DNA of 64,000 nt from Bacillota bacterium (GTDB taxonomy: Bacteria; Bacillota; DTU025): the NCBI GenBank assembly GCA_050951805.1, contig JBMNJT010000002.1, positions 1,152,001-1,216,000 on the forward strand, read 5' to 3'. The stretch's first letter is position 1, and each line of letters starts with the position of its first letter. The translations under genes were made by a program, and so were the position numbers. Positions 18,907 through 27,990 of this stretch are shown in pieces. The notes beneath the pieces were generated by a model. It had not been told where the DNA came from, made no database searches, and saw only the letters and a list, made by a program, of their open reading frames with translations.

Positions 18907-21900
18907 GAAATAGGGGATTGGGAAGGCGAGCGGCGGCAGCATTGGCTCTCATCTTGTGCCTGGCCTTCGCTGGGCAGGCTGCATTTGGCGCCTTGGAGCG
19001 CCGCGTCGATCTTGACCTGGTAGATGCTGAACTTGCAGACGTGTTTCGCGCCCTAGCGGAACTGGGAGATATGAATATAGTGCTCGACCCCGCGGTACGC
19101 GGAACCCTCACAATTCGCCTTCATGGCCTTGCAGTCGAAGACGCGCTTAGGCTCGTCGCCTACACTACCGGCGTGAAATACAGGGTCGAAGGCTCTACAA
19201 TGATCGTCCTTCCGCCGGGCGCTGTTTCAACCAGCCTGGAGCCGCTGGGCATCGAGAAGTTCTCGCTCACCTATGCCAGAACGACTGACGTTATTGGCCC
19301 TGCAAGGCTTGTTGCAGGCGGAGCGAAACTGGAGGCGGATGAGCGGACCAACTCCATCATCGCCTGTGGGTCAGCCGAAGAGCTCAGGGCCATAGGTGAT
19401 GTACTGAGGATGCTTGACGTTCCTGTCCAGTTGCCTCCGGAGGCCATCGCTTCGCTTGCCGATGCTGGGTTGTCTTCGGGCCGCGAGTCTCTCGAGATTA
19501 TTAGGCTCCAACATGCCCCCGCCCAGGGGGTGGCCGACCTGTTGGCCTTGGTGGTTCCTGCCGACAGGATGCGGGTGGATTCACGCACGAACACCATAGT
19601 GGTCATCATTGACGAGGCCTCCCGTGAAAGAGCGATGAAGATAGTATCCGAAGTGGACGTGGCAGAGCCCCCTGATGATGGAGGTTTTTCGAGTGTTCCC
19701 GGGAAGGGTGTAAACCTGCAGACTGAGGCAGTCGAGGCCGAGACGGTGAAAGTGATCAAGCTTGCGTGGGCCCCCGTGGACAGGGTCCGTGAAGCCCTCA
19801 GTGTCATCATCGACCTTTCCAAGGTTGGAATGGATTCACGCACAAATTCGCTCATTGTAAATGCGACGCCTGAACAGATAGCCCGGATTGAAGAGGTTGT
19901 GACTCTTCTCGATGTCGCTGTGGTAGCCGGGGAAAAGCAGCCTGCACCAGCCCATGATGGTATACATATGTTCAAGCTCGAGCACGCATCAGCCAAATCA
20001 GTGCGAGACGTCCTTACCATGATCCTGCCCCCTGAAAAAATGCAGGTGGACGAGAGGACGAACACCGTGGTGATAATGGCGGATGATGATACTTGCGCTC
20101 GAGTTGTAGAACTTGTTGAGACTTTGGATGTAGAAACTGCGGCCGACCAGGCACTCATCGGGGAAGAGAAGATCGTTGAGACTATCCCCTTGGCCCATGC
20201 CTCTTTGGATGCAATTCGAGATGCCCTGGCTTTGGTGGTGCCGAAAGAAGCTGTCGTAATCGATGAGAGGACGCGGTCGGTAATCGTGAAAGGCACCCGG
20301 TCGCAGCGTGAGCGTGCCCGCGAGATCGCAGCCCTTCTTGACGTGCCGGACGGGCCTTTACATGAGACAGGAGCCGCGACAGATCCCTCTTCGGAGCCGA
20401 CAACCAACATCCGCGCATTCAGGCTTCGTGAGGCCGACCCTGAATCCGTTAAAGAGGCCCTCTCGATGGTGATGCCGAAGACTTCTATTTATGTGGACGC
20501 GCGCACCAAATCTGTATTGGTCGTCGGGCTCTTAGACGAACTGGCCCGTGCAGCGGAGATCGTTGCCCTTATCGACCAACCATCTCGTGATGACGTCAGT
20601 GTGGGTTTGGCAAAAGGCGAGTCGGAAATCCTGGAAATGAGGGTGATCCGGCTGGTTCATGCCCCGGCTGCGAAAATTCGGGATATGATTGCTCCGATAA
20701 TGCCGGAGATCAGGATTGCCGCGGACGAGCGTAGCAATTCATTGCTGATAGTTGCTTCCCCGTCTTTGCAGGAGCGCGCAGCTAGCGTGGTGACGGCTCT
20801 CGACATAGAGGTTCTCCAGCCCGAGCAGGGCACTGAGCCTGCAGCGCCGCGCGATCCCGAGGTGACCCGGGTGGTTACGCTTGCCCATGCCGAAGCCGCA
20901 GAGGTTCGTGAGGCTTTGGCCCCGATAGTGCCGATTTCCAGCATCACTGTGGATCCCCGTACGAATTCCTTGGTGATCGTGGCGGCGCAGTCGAAGATGG
21001 ACAGGGCGCTGGACGTTGTGGCGAAACTGGATGTGGAGACTGCGGCGAGTTCCGAGAGCCTCCCTGAGGAGGCGGCGCACGTGTCCGAAAGCCCGAAAGC
21101 CGAGGTGGTGAGGTTGAAATATGCATCGCCATCGAAGGTTCGGGATGCCCTGGCGCCTACGATTCCCGTATCGAGGATAAGCGTGGACGAGCGAACCGGG
21201 TCGCTCGTTATCGTGGGAACAGAGGCCGAGATGACACAGGCCCTTGCGATTATAGACAAGCTCGACATAGAGGTTCTCCAGCCCGAGCAGGGCACCGAGC
21301 CTGCAGCGCCGCGTGATCCCGAGGTGACCCGGGTGGTGACGCTTGCCCATGCCGAAGCCGCAGAGGTTCGTGAGGCTTTGGCCCCGATAGTGCCGATCTC
21401 CAGCATCACTGTGGATCCCCGTACGAATTCCTTGGTGATCGTGGCGGCGCAGTCGAGGATGGACAGGGCGCTGGACGTTGTGGCAAAACTGGATGTGGAG
21501 ACTGTGGCGAGTTCCGAGAGCCTCCCTGAGGAGGCGGCGCACGTGTCCGAAAGCCCGAAAGCCGAGGTGGTGAGGTTGAAATATGCATCGCCATCGAAGG
21601 TTCGGGATGCCCTGGCGCCTACGATTCCCGTATCGAGGATAAGCGTGGACGAGCGAACCGGGTCGCTCGTTATCGTGGGAACAGAGGCCGAGATGACACA
21701 GGCCCTTGCGATTATAGACAAGCTCGACATAGAGGTTCTCCAGCCCGAGCAGGGCACCGAGCCTGCAGCGCCGCGTGATCCCGAGGTGACCCGGGTGGTG
21801 ATGCTTGCCCATGCCGAAGCCGCAGAGGTTCGTGAGGCTTTGGCCCCGATAGTGCCGATCTCCAGCATCACTGTGGATCCCCGTACGAATTCCTTGGTGA

Positions 21901-23330
21901 TCGTGGCGGCACAGTCGAGGATGGACAGGGCCCTTGAAGTCGTGGGGAAGCTCGACATAGAAGTTGGCACTGCCGAGGAGGAACATGACTTGGCGCAGGC
22001 GGAGCGGCCTGAGGTCGTGGCCTACAGGCTTGCATACGCGAGCGCAGAGTCGCTGCGCCCTGCTTTGGGTCTCGTTGCGTCCCCTTCCGACTTGGAAGTT
22101 GACGAAAGGACAAATACTTTGATCGTCAGGGCCGTGCCTTCGGTGCAGGAACGTGTAGCAGAGCTCGTGGCGTCCCTCGACATACCTGTGGAGGTGCCGA
22201 AAGCCCCCGAGCCCGGGCTCGAGATATTGCGGATTTTCAGACTGAAGCATGCCTCGCCGTCGGAGATGAAATCGCTTTTGGGCTTGATTGCGCCAAAGGC
22301 CAAGATGCAGCCGGATGACCGGACAGGTTCTCTCGTGGTTCTCGCTCCCGCTGAAACCATCCCTGAATTGGAGGCGCTCATCGAGAGCCTGGACCTTCCA
22401 TCAGTGGCGTCAAAGGACGAGCCTGACCCGGTGGTGACCAGGATATACAGGCTCAACTACGCATCGCCTTCCGACATCGAGCGGGCCTTGGGAAGCTTCG
22501 TAGAAGGAACCATAGGATCAGATGCCCGAACATCCTCAGTCGTGGTAAGAGCGGCCCAGTCCGAACAGGCGAAGGCGCTCGAGCTCATAGACTCCCTCGA
22601 TTCAGAACTTCCCCAAGTGCTGATCGAGGCGAGGCTGGAGGAACTAACGGGAGACGCAGCCAGGAAACTGGGTATCGACTGGACCTTTTCAGGCCTCTCA
22701 TTCGGCGAGAATGCCTTTGGCCAGTGGGTGAGTGTTAGCATGGACTTCCTTGCCAACCTTACCGCCTTGGAGGAATCGGGACATGCAACGCTAATAAGCA
22801 GGCAGCATACTTTCACCGTTGACGGCAAGACAGGGAAGATCCTCATAGGCGACAGGATCCCTATCATAACCCAGGAAGTCCAGGACGGGCAGGCCGTGAA
22901 TAGAGTGGAGTTCATAAACGCAGGCATCGAGCTTGCGATAACTCCCAAAGTGAGCAGCGACGGGACTATAACTGCCACGGTCAAGCCGGTGATCAGCTCG
23001 ATAGTGGGGTGGACTCCTCAGAACTACCCGCAGATCAGGACTAGAGAGCTGGAAACTGTAGTTTCCCTTAAGAGTGGACAGACTGCTGTCATCGGCGGAC
23101 TCCTACATCGCGACGAGGTGGAGGGGATGGCAAAGGTGCCGCTTTTGGGAGATATCCCGCTTCTGGGAGAGTTGTTCAAGAAGCGGACTACGACTACAAA
23201 CACCACAGAGCTGGTGATGTTGATCACGGCGTACCAGGTCAACCCCGGGCAGCGGTCGGCAGTGGGACCTGCGCAGGAAGGCGACTCATTCCCGATAGTA
23301 GTGGAAGATGCGCTGGGCGGAAAGAAGTGA
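18903..23330 (+). CDS. pilQ: Giant type IV pilus secretin (N0 + about 15 N3-type domains + secretin barrel)
   Basis: Signal peptide, N0 (VDLDLVDAELADVFRALAELGDMNIV), 15 repeats of L.(H/Y)A...V...L...D.RT.S.IV...LD, and C-terminal PQVLIEARL...GIELAITPKV...RELETVV...VIGGL...KVPLLGDIPLLGELFK. Confidence 0.93.
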   Translation: MRNRGLGRRAAAALALILCLAFAGQAAFGALERRVDLDLVDAELADVFRALAELGDMNIVLDPAVRGTLTIRLHGLAVEDALRLVAYTTGVKYRVEGSTMIVLPPGAVSTSLEPLGIEKFSLTYARTTDVIGPARLVAGGAKLEADERTNSIIACGSAEELRAIGDVLRMLDVPVQLPPEAIASLADAGLSSGRESLEIIRLQHAPAQGVADLLALVVPADRMRVDSRTNTIVVIIDEASRERAMKIVSEVDVAEPPDDGGFSSVPGKGVNLQTEAVEAETVKVIKLAWAPVDRVREALSVIIDLSKVGMDSRTNSLIVNATPEQIARIEEVVTLLDVAVVAGEKQPAPAHDGIHMFKLEHASAKSVRDVLTMILPPEKMQVDERTNTVVIMADDDTCARVVELVETLDVETAADQALIGEEKIVETIPLAHASLDAIRDALALVVPKEAVVIDERTRSVIVKGTRSQRERAREIAALLDVPDGPLHETGAATDPSSEPTTNIRAFRLREADPESVKEALSMVMPKTSIYVDARTKSVLVVGLLDELARAAEIVALIDQPSRDDVSVGLAKGESEILEMRVIRLVHAPAAKIRDMIAPIMPEIRIAADERSNSLLIVASPSLQERAASVVTALDIEVLQPEQGTEPAAPRDPEVTRVVTLAHAEAAEVREALAPIVPISSITVDPRTNSLVIVAAQSKMDRALDVVAKLDVETAASSESLPEEAAHVSESPKAEVVRLKYASPSKVRDALAPTIPVSRISVDERTGSLVIVGTEAEMTQALAIIDKLDIEVLQPEQGTEPAAPRDPEVTRVVTLAHAEAAEVREALAPIVPISSITVDPRTNSLVIVAAQSRMDRALDVVAKLDVETVASSESLPEEAAHVSESPKAEVVRLKYASPSKVRDALAPTIPVSRISVDERTGSLVIVGTEAEMTQALAIIDKLDIEVLQPEQGTEPAAPRDPEVTRVVMLAHAEAAEVREALAPIVPISSITVDPRTNSLVIVAAQSRMDRALEVVGKLDIEVGTAEEEHDLAQAERPEVVAYRLAYASAESLRPALGLVASPSDLEVDERTNTLIVRAVPSVQERVAELVASLDIPVEVPKAPEPGLEILRIFRLKHASPSEMKSLLGLIAPKAKMQPDDRTGSLVVLAPAETIPELEALIESLDLPSVASKDEPDPVVTRIYRLNYASPSDIERALGSFVEGTIGSDARTSSVVVRAAQSEQAKALELIDSLDSELPQVLIEARLEELTGDAARKLGIDWTFSGLSFGENAFGQWVSVSMDFLANLTALEESGHATLISRQHTFTVDGKTGKILIGDRIPIITQEVQDGQAVNRVEFINAGIELAITPKVSSDGTITATVKPVISSIVGWTPQNYPQIRTRELETVVSLKSGQTAVIGGLLHRDEVEGMAKVPLLGDIPLLGELFKKRTTTTNTTELVMLITAYQVNPGQRSAVGPAQEGDSFPIVVEDALGGKK
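20799..21931 (+). repeat. In-frame tandem repeat of a 462-bp unit, about 2.45 copies, inside pilQ
   Basis: CTCGACATAGAGGTTCTCCAGCCCGAGCAGG starts at 20799, 21261 and 21723. The copies differ by only a handful of substitutions. Confidence 0.97.
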
Positions 23331-23408
23331 ACAGATCGACTGCTGTGCGGGCCGCTCGCGTGAAGCGCCGCATCTAGCCAGGATGGCCGGTGGCGTTGCG
23401 ATGCCGTG

Positions 23409-23440
23409 GAGAGCGGTCGCTTTCTCGGGCGATCGCTCTC
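23409..23440 (+). terminator. Hairpin after the pil operon
   Basis: GAGAGCGGTCGC-N8-GCGATCGCTCTC stem with one G-U pair and no clear U-tract. Confidence 0.4.
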
Positions 23441-23525
23441 GACACTTGCTGGTGAAATAGCGTGCGCTATTGCCTCCAATTATTGTTTGAGCCACAATGT
23501 TGTGGTAGAGTAATTTGCGGGAGGA

Positions 23526-24590
23526 ATGAAGATGAGACTCGGGAAGCTACGCGCCCAATTTAGAGAACGAGATATAGATGGCTTTATAATCGCATCCTAC
23601 GAGAACCGCTACTATATGAGCGGGTTTTCCGGGACTGCCGGGACCTTAGTGATCAGCGCGGACGACGCAGTATTGATCACCGACTTCAGATACGTGGAGC
23701 AGGCGAAAGCACAGGCTCCCGAGTTCCGTGTAATCATGCACAAAGGCCCGATGGTGGACACGGTGAAAGAAGTAGTGGCCGGCATGGGCTTAAAAAGAGT
23801 TGGATTCGAATCGGCGAGGATCACGTTTTCAGAGTATGCTCTGATAAGAGATGCTCTGGAAGGCGTGGAGTTGGTTCCTGAGAAGGACGTTGTTGAGTCC
23901 CTCAGGATGATCAAGAGCGATGAGGAGATCGCACTGATAGCTGAGGCATGCAGGATAACGGATGCCGCGTTTGATCATATCCTCGGGTACATTAAGCCGG
24001 GAGTGACCGAATCGGAGATAGCCAACGAGCTTGTCAGCTTTATGGTCAAGCACGATGTGAAGCCGAGCTTTGATTTTATAGTGGCCTCCGGAGAAAGAAG
24101 CGCGCTGCCGCATGGCGTGGCATCTGACAAGATCATCGAACCTGGGGATTTCGTCACACTCGATTTCGGCGGGTTTTACAGGCGGTATACTTCCGACATG
24201 ACCCGAACTGTGGTTGTGGGCACGCCCACCGAAGAGCAGAAAGCCATATACGATTTGGTGCTCAGGGCGCAGTTGGAGTCGATCGACGCAGCGAAAGCTG
24301 GGACCACCGGCAAAGAGGTGGATAGCGTTGCTAGGGGAATAATAGAAGATGCGGGGCACGGGGAGCATTTCGGCCATGGGCTGGGCCACTCTGTTGGGTT
24401 GGAGATTCATGAGAACCCGCGTTTCTCGCCTGCTGATTCTAGCCTGATTGAGCCGGGAATGGTGCTCTCTGTCGAGCCAGGCGTCTATGTGCCTGGTTGG
24501 GGCGGAGTCCGGATAGAGGACCTTGTGGTAATCACCGACGGAGAGGCTAGGGTCCTGAGCAGTTCACCGAAAAACCTCATTCAACTGTAA
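23526..24590 (+). CDS. Xaa-Pro aminopeptidase (M24, YqhT/PapA-like)
   Basis: NRYYMSGF, TDFRY, ALPHG, SDMTRT, HGLGHSVGLEIHE, EPGVY, GVRIED. Upstream of efp. Confidence 0.93.
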   Translation: MKMRLGKLRAQFRERDIDGFIIASYENRYYMSGFSGTAGTLVISADDAVLITDFRYVEQAKAQAPEFRVIMHKGPMVDTVKEVVAGMGLKRVGFESARITFSEYALIRDALEGVELVPEKDVVESLRMIKSDEEIALIAEACRITDAAFDHILGYIKPGVTESEIANELVSFMVKHDVKPSFDFIVASGERSALPHGVASDKIIEPGDFVTLDFGGFYRRYTSDMTRTVVVGTPTEEQKAIYDLVLRAQLESIDAAKAGTTGKEVDSVARGIIEDAGHGEHFGHGLGHSVGLEIHENPRFSPADSSLIEPGMVLSVEPGVYVPGWGGVRIEDLVVITDGEARVLSSSPKNLIQL

Positions 24591-24605
24591 CCAGGGGGGT
24601 TCCTC

Positions 24606-25163
24606 ATGATTTCCACGAATGATTTTAGAACCGGGCTTACCATCGAATGGGATGGCGGAGTCTGGACTGTCGTCGATTTTCAGCATGTCAAACCCGGAAA
24701 GGGCGCCGCGTTCGTTCGGGCGAAACTGAAGAACGTGATCACCGGCGCTGTGATCGAGAATACTTTCCGGGCGGGTGAGAAACTGCCGAAGGCACAGATA
24801 GAGTACAGGGAGATGCAGTTCCTGTATGAATCGGGCGGGCAGTATTTCCTGATGGATCAGAATACTTATGACCAGATATCCCTCAGCCAAGACGTATTGG
24901 CCGACGCCATCCAGTATCTCAAAGAGAACATGATCATAGGAGTTCAATTCTACGAGGGTTCGCCCATCGGTATCGAGCTACCGAACTTCGTGGAGCTGGA
25001 GATAGTGGAGACGGATCCCGGCCTTCGCGGCGATACGGCTTCAGGCGGAACCAAGCCTGCCAAGCTGGAGACAGGCGCCGTGGTGCAAGTGCCCCTGTTC
25101 GTGCAGACAGGCGACAAGATTAGGGTAGATACCCGCACCAACCAGTATCTGGAGCGCGTGTAA
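24606..25163 (+). CDS. efp: Elongation factor P
   Basis: [33 protein letters not shown]. Confidence 0.98.
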   Translation: MISTNDFRTGLTIEWDGGVWTVVDFQHVKPGKGAAFVRAKLKNVITGAVIENTFRAGEKLPKAQIEYREMQFLYESGGQYFLMDQNTYDQISLSQDVLADAIQYLKENMIIGVQFYEGSPIGIELPNFVELEIVETDPGLRGDTASGGTKPAKLETGAVVQVPLFVQTGDKIRVDTRTNQYLERV

Positions 25164-25237
25164 GCGCGCCGGGTGGGACGTGCAGGGCGCGTTTGGGGTG
25201 GATTGGTGTGGTGCAAAACAATCAGGTGTAGAATGTG

Positions 25238-25266
25238 GCGACCGCAAAGCGCGGTCGCTTCCTTAT
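25238..25266 (+). terminator. Probable intrinsic terminator after efp
   Basis: GCGACCGC-AAAGC-GCGGTCGC followed by TTCCTTAT. Confidence 0.6.
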
Positions 25267-25660
25267 ATGTCATCGAAGATTCGCCCCAAAAGACGGCACG
25301 TGCAGTTATCGCTCATATCCCGGGGCAAAGCTGATTTGATCAGCGCGAAAAACAAGAGCGTGCTTCAGCCCCTACTTCAATCTTAGACTTGTAAAACTTG
25401 GGTGTTTGAGGCGGCCGCGGCCTTGAAAGGTTGGCTTATTAGGAGCGTTGTCTGTACTTTTTTAGTGTATGCAGTGTAAGATGGCCCATATTGGGTGATT
25501 CCACGCTGGAATAATAAAAAGGCAGGCGATGCCATGGTCGAATGTGAGCTTTCGCTTTCGTCTTCAGGCAACGCGTTCAGAGCGTCTGCCTAATTCTCTT
25601 TTCAGACTATGCACACACAAGTTCTATCGCACTCATGCGAAAATCGGCATCCTCGTCCGG

Positions 25661-25688
25661 TCATATTCCTTGCGCCAGCCCATATTAT
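25661..25688 (+). promoter_or_regulatory. Sigma-E promoter of the spoIIIA operon
   Basis: TCATATT-N13-CATATTAT about 45 nt upstream of spoIIIAA. spoIIIA is sigma-E-dependent in Bacillus and Clostridium. Confidence 0.7.
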
Positions 25689-25733
25689 TGAATAGCATGT
25701 CTCTGATTTGAAACCGGTCTTGGGGGGACATTT

Positions 25734-26825
25734 GTGAGGCGCATTGTTCGAGATCTTGTGGCGGAACAGATCTGTCCGGCTCTCCCCCCACGTGCCCGCG
25801 AGGCTGTTAAGGCTCTGCCTGATGAGGTCAGACAGAGCCTTACAGAGATAAGGCTGAGGCGTGGGCGTCCCGCCATGGGAGTGGTGCCTGAGGGCGACTT
25901 TTACCTCTCCTCAGACGGACAACCCTTGTGGCTGGACCGTGGCAGGGCGGCCTTTAGCTCGGAGATTCCCGCAAGCGCGGTCATGTGCAGTGAGGATGAG
26001 TGGGACGCTGCGATGCGGCTTGTAACAGAATGCTCCATATACGCCCTTGAGAGGGAGCTCGCCGCGGGCTACATCACTCTCCGCGGGGGGCACAGGGTGG
26101 GGCTCGTGGGCCGTGCTGTCCTAGAAGGGGGCCGAATTCGGACGCAGCGGGAGCTTTCGGCCATGAATTTCCGGATAGCAAGGCAGATCATTGGCGCAGC
26201 AGACAGTATCATGCCTTACATTGTTCGCCGCGTCGGAACGTTACAGCACCATCGGGTTTCAGTCTTTAGCACTCTCATCCTTTCCGGGCCCGGGTACGGC
26301 AAGACGACTCTGCTCCGGGATATTGCACGACAGCTTTCGTACGGTCAAAACGGAACGGGCCTCATGGTTGGCGTCGTGGACGAGCGTTCTGAGATCGCCG
26401 CATGCTCAGGCGGCATTCCTGGAAACGACTTGGGCCCAAGAGCGGACGTAATCGATAGCTGCCCGAAGGCCGAAGGAATGATGATCATGATAAGGTCGAT
26501 GTCGCCCGATGTCATCGTTACTGACGAGATAGGCCATGCCGCTGACAGCGAGGCTATCGAAGAGGCGCGCAGGTGCGGCGTGGCTGTGATTGCCAGCGCC
26601 CACGCTTCCGACTGGGATGATGCGCAAAGGAGGCCCGCCCTACGCGACATTTTGGCTCGGGGCGCGTTTGAAAGAGGAATACTCCTCAGCAACAGGCTTG
26701 GAATTTGCACGTGTGAACGCATTGTCCACATGGCGACAGGGACAGATCTCTTGGATTCCCCGTTTCTTCTTTCGGCCCGGGCGGACGAAAGGGACGGAGG
26801 TGCATGCAGATGCGGGTTGCGCTGA
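25734..26825 (+). CDS. spoIIIAA: Stage III sporulation protein AA
   Basis: EIRLRRGRP, GYITLRGGHRVG, GYGKTTLLRDIAR, VDERSEIA, RSMSPDVIVTDEIG. Confidence 0.96.
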   Translation: MRRIVRDLVAEQICPALPPRAREAVKALPDEVRQSLTEIRLRRGRPAMGVVPEGDFYLSSDGQPLWLDRGRAAFSSEIPASAVMCSEDEWDAAMRLVTECSIYALERELAAGYITLRGGHRVGLVGRAVLEGGRIRTQRELSAMNFRIARQIIGAADSIMPYIVRRVGTLQHHRVSVFSTLILSGPGYGKTTLLRDIARQLSYGQNGTGLMVGVVDERSEIAACSGGIPGNDLGPRADVIDSCPKAEGMMIMIRSMSPDVIVTDEIGHAADSEAIEEARRCGVAVIASAHASDWDDAQRRPALRDILARGAFERGILLSNRLGICTCERIVHMATGTDLLDSPFLLSARADERDGGACRCGLR

Positions 26826-27352
26826 AGATAGCCGGAGCGGCGCTTACCATAATCTCCAGCGGCCTTGCTGGACTGACTGTGGCCTGCTCGTACCGGACGC
26901 ACGCGAGGGAGCTTGCCGGCTGGGTTACTGCCCTTGCTGTGCTGGAGACGGAGATATCATATGGCTTGACCAAACTGGGCCAAGCCATGCGCCACGCGGG
27001 ACAGTCTGCTGGCGGAAGCCCCAAACGGGTCCTCGCCCGCGCGGCTGACCTTCTTGAGGATGGGGGTTACGGGTCGGCAGGTGATTGCATATCGAAGGCT
27101 TTGACCGAGGAAACGGCGTCATGCAGCTTTCTTTGGAGTGACAAATGGCGCGAGGATCTGGAAGCCGTAGTAGTGCTCGGCGAGGCGTTGGGCGCCTCCG
27201 ACTCCGCTGATCAGGCCCGACATATCTCTCTTGCCTCTCGCCGACTAGAGAGGCGAAGACAGCTCGCAGAAGAAGCCGCCACAGTCAATTACCGTCTATG
27301 GTCGGCAATGGGGTTCCTTATAGGTGGCATGGTGGCCATAGCCTTGATCTGA
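26804..27352 (+). CDS. spoIIIAB: Stage III sporulation protein AB
   Basis: LKIAGA..., LETEISYG, LG.SD...Q, a C-terminal TM, and operon position. Confidence 0.88.
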   Translation: MQMRVALKIAGAALTIISSGLAGLTVACSYRTHARELAGWVTALAVLETEISYGLTKLGQAMRHAGQSAGGSPKRVLARAADLLEDGGYGSAGDCISKALTEETASCSFLWSDKWREDLEAVVVLGEALGASDSADQARHISLASRRLERRRQLAEEAATVNYRLWSAMGFLIGGMVAIALI

Positions 27353-27387
27353 CGAACCTTGCGCACAATGAAAAGGAGGGCCTAACA

Positions 27388-27585
27388 GTGGGGCTCGACT
27401 TGGTCCTGAGGATAGCAGGCGTAGGCATTCTCGCCTCGGTGCTGTGCACGATCCTGAAGCAACAGGATAAAGAGGAATACTCGTTGCTGGTAGCCACGGC
27501 TGGGCTCGTGGTGGTCTTCGTCATGCTCTTGGATTATATAGAGGAACTGCTTTCAAGCGTGCGCACTGTATTCAGACTATGGTAA
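27388..27585 (+). CDS. spoIIIAC: Stage III sporulation protein AC
   Basis: DLVLRIAGVGILASVLCTILKQQDKEE...VRTVFRL. AAGGAGG RBS before the GTG at 27388. Confidence 0.92.
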   Translation: MGLDLVLRIAGVGILASVLCTILKQQDKEEYSLLVATAGLVVVFVMLLDYIEELLSSVRTVFRLW

Positions 27586-27600
27586 GGGGCGGACTGCGAC

Positions 27601-27990
27601 GTGGAGATATTTCAGGTTGTGGGCATGGCGATCTTGGGAGCGGTCCTCCTTGCATTCCTGAGGCAGACTCGGTCCGACATGGCAATTGTCCTTTCGGCCG
27701 CTCTGGGCATCGTCGTCTTCCTCATGGTTGTAACGCGTCTAGCCTACTTCGTAGAAGTCCTGTCCGACCTCGCAGTGCGTGCAGGGGTCAACAGAATGTA
27801 CCTCGATACTGTTCTGAGAGTAATTGGTGTGGCGTATCTCGCGGCCTTTGGCGGACAGGTGTGCCGCGATGCCGGGGAGGGGGCTTTAGCTACAAAAGTG
27901 GAGCTTGCAGGAAAAGTCCTCATCCTGGCGATGTCTGTCCCATTGATGTTTGCTTTACTCGATCTGATCCTGAGGATCCTTCCGTCATGA
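27601..27990 (+). CDS. spoIIIAD: Stage III sporulation protein AD
   Basis: MEIFQVVG..., IGVAYLAAFGGQVCRDAGEGALATKVELAGK. Confidence 0.95.
   Translation: MEIFQVVGMAILGAVLLAFLRQTRSDMAIVLSAALGIVVFLMVVTRLAYFVEVLSDLAVRAGVNRMYLDTVLRVIGVAYLAAFGGQVCRDAGEGALATKVELAGKVLILAMSVPLMFALLDLILRILPS

Noticed and set aside
20799-21931. Repeat considered as a CRISPR array or mobile element
   Set aside because: The unit is 462 bp, in frame and coding, with no spacers, terminal repeats or transposase.
20657-22250. Long antisense ORFs (437 and 503 aa) with repeats
   Set aside because: They are shadows of the GC-rich repeated pilQ coding strand.
25267-25660. AT-richer spacer between efp and spoIIIAA with short ORFs
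   Set aside because: No convincing ORF, repeat or RNA motif. It is explained as terminator plus promoter region.
27579-27986. N-terminal 136 aa of the 604-aa ORF
   Set aside because: It overlaps spoIIIAD in another frame, so spoIIIAE must start at or after 27987.
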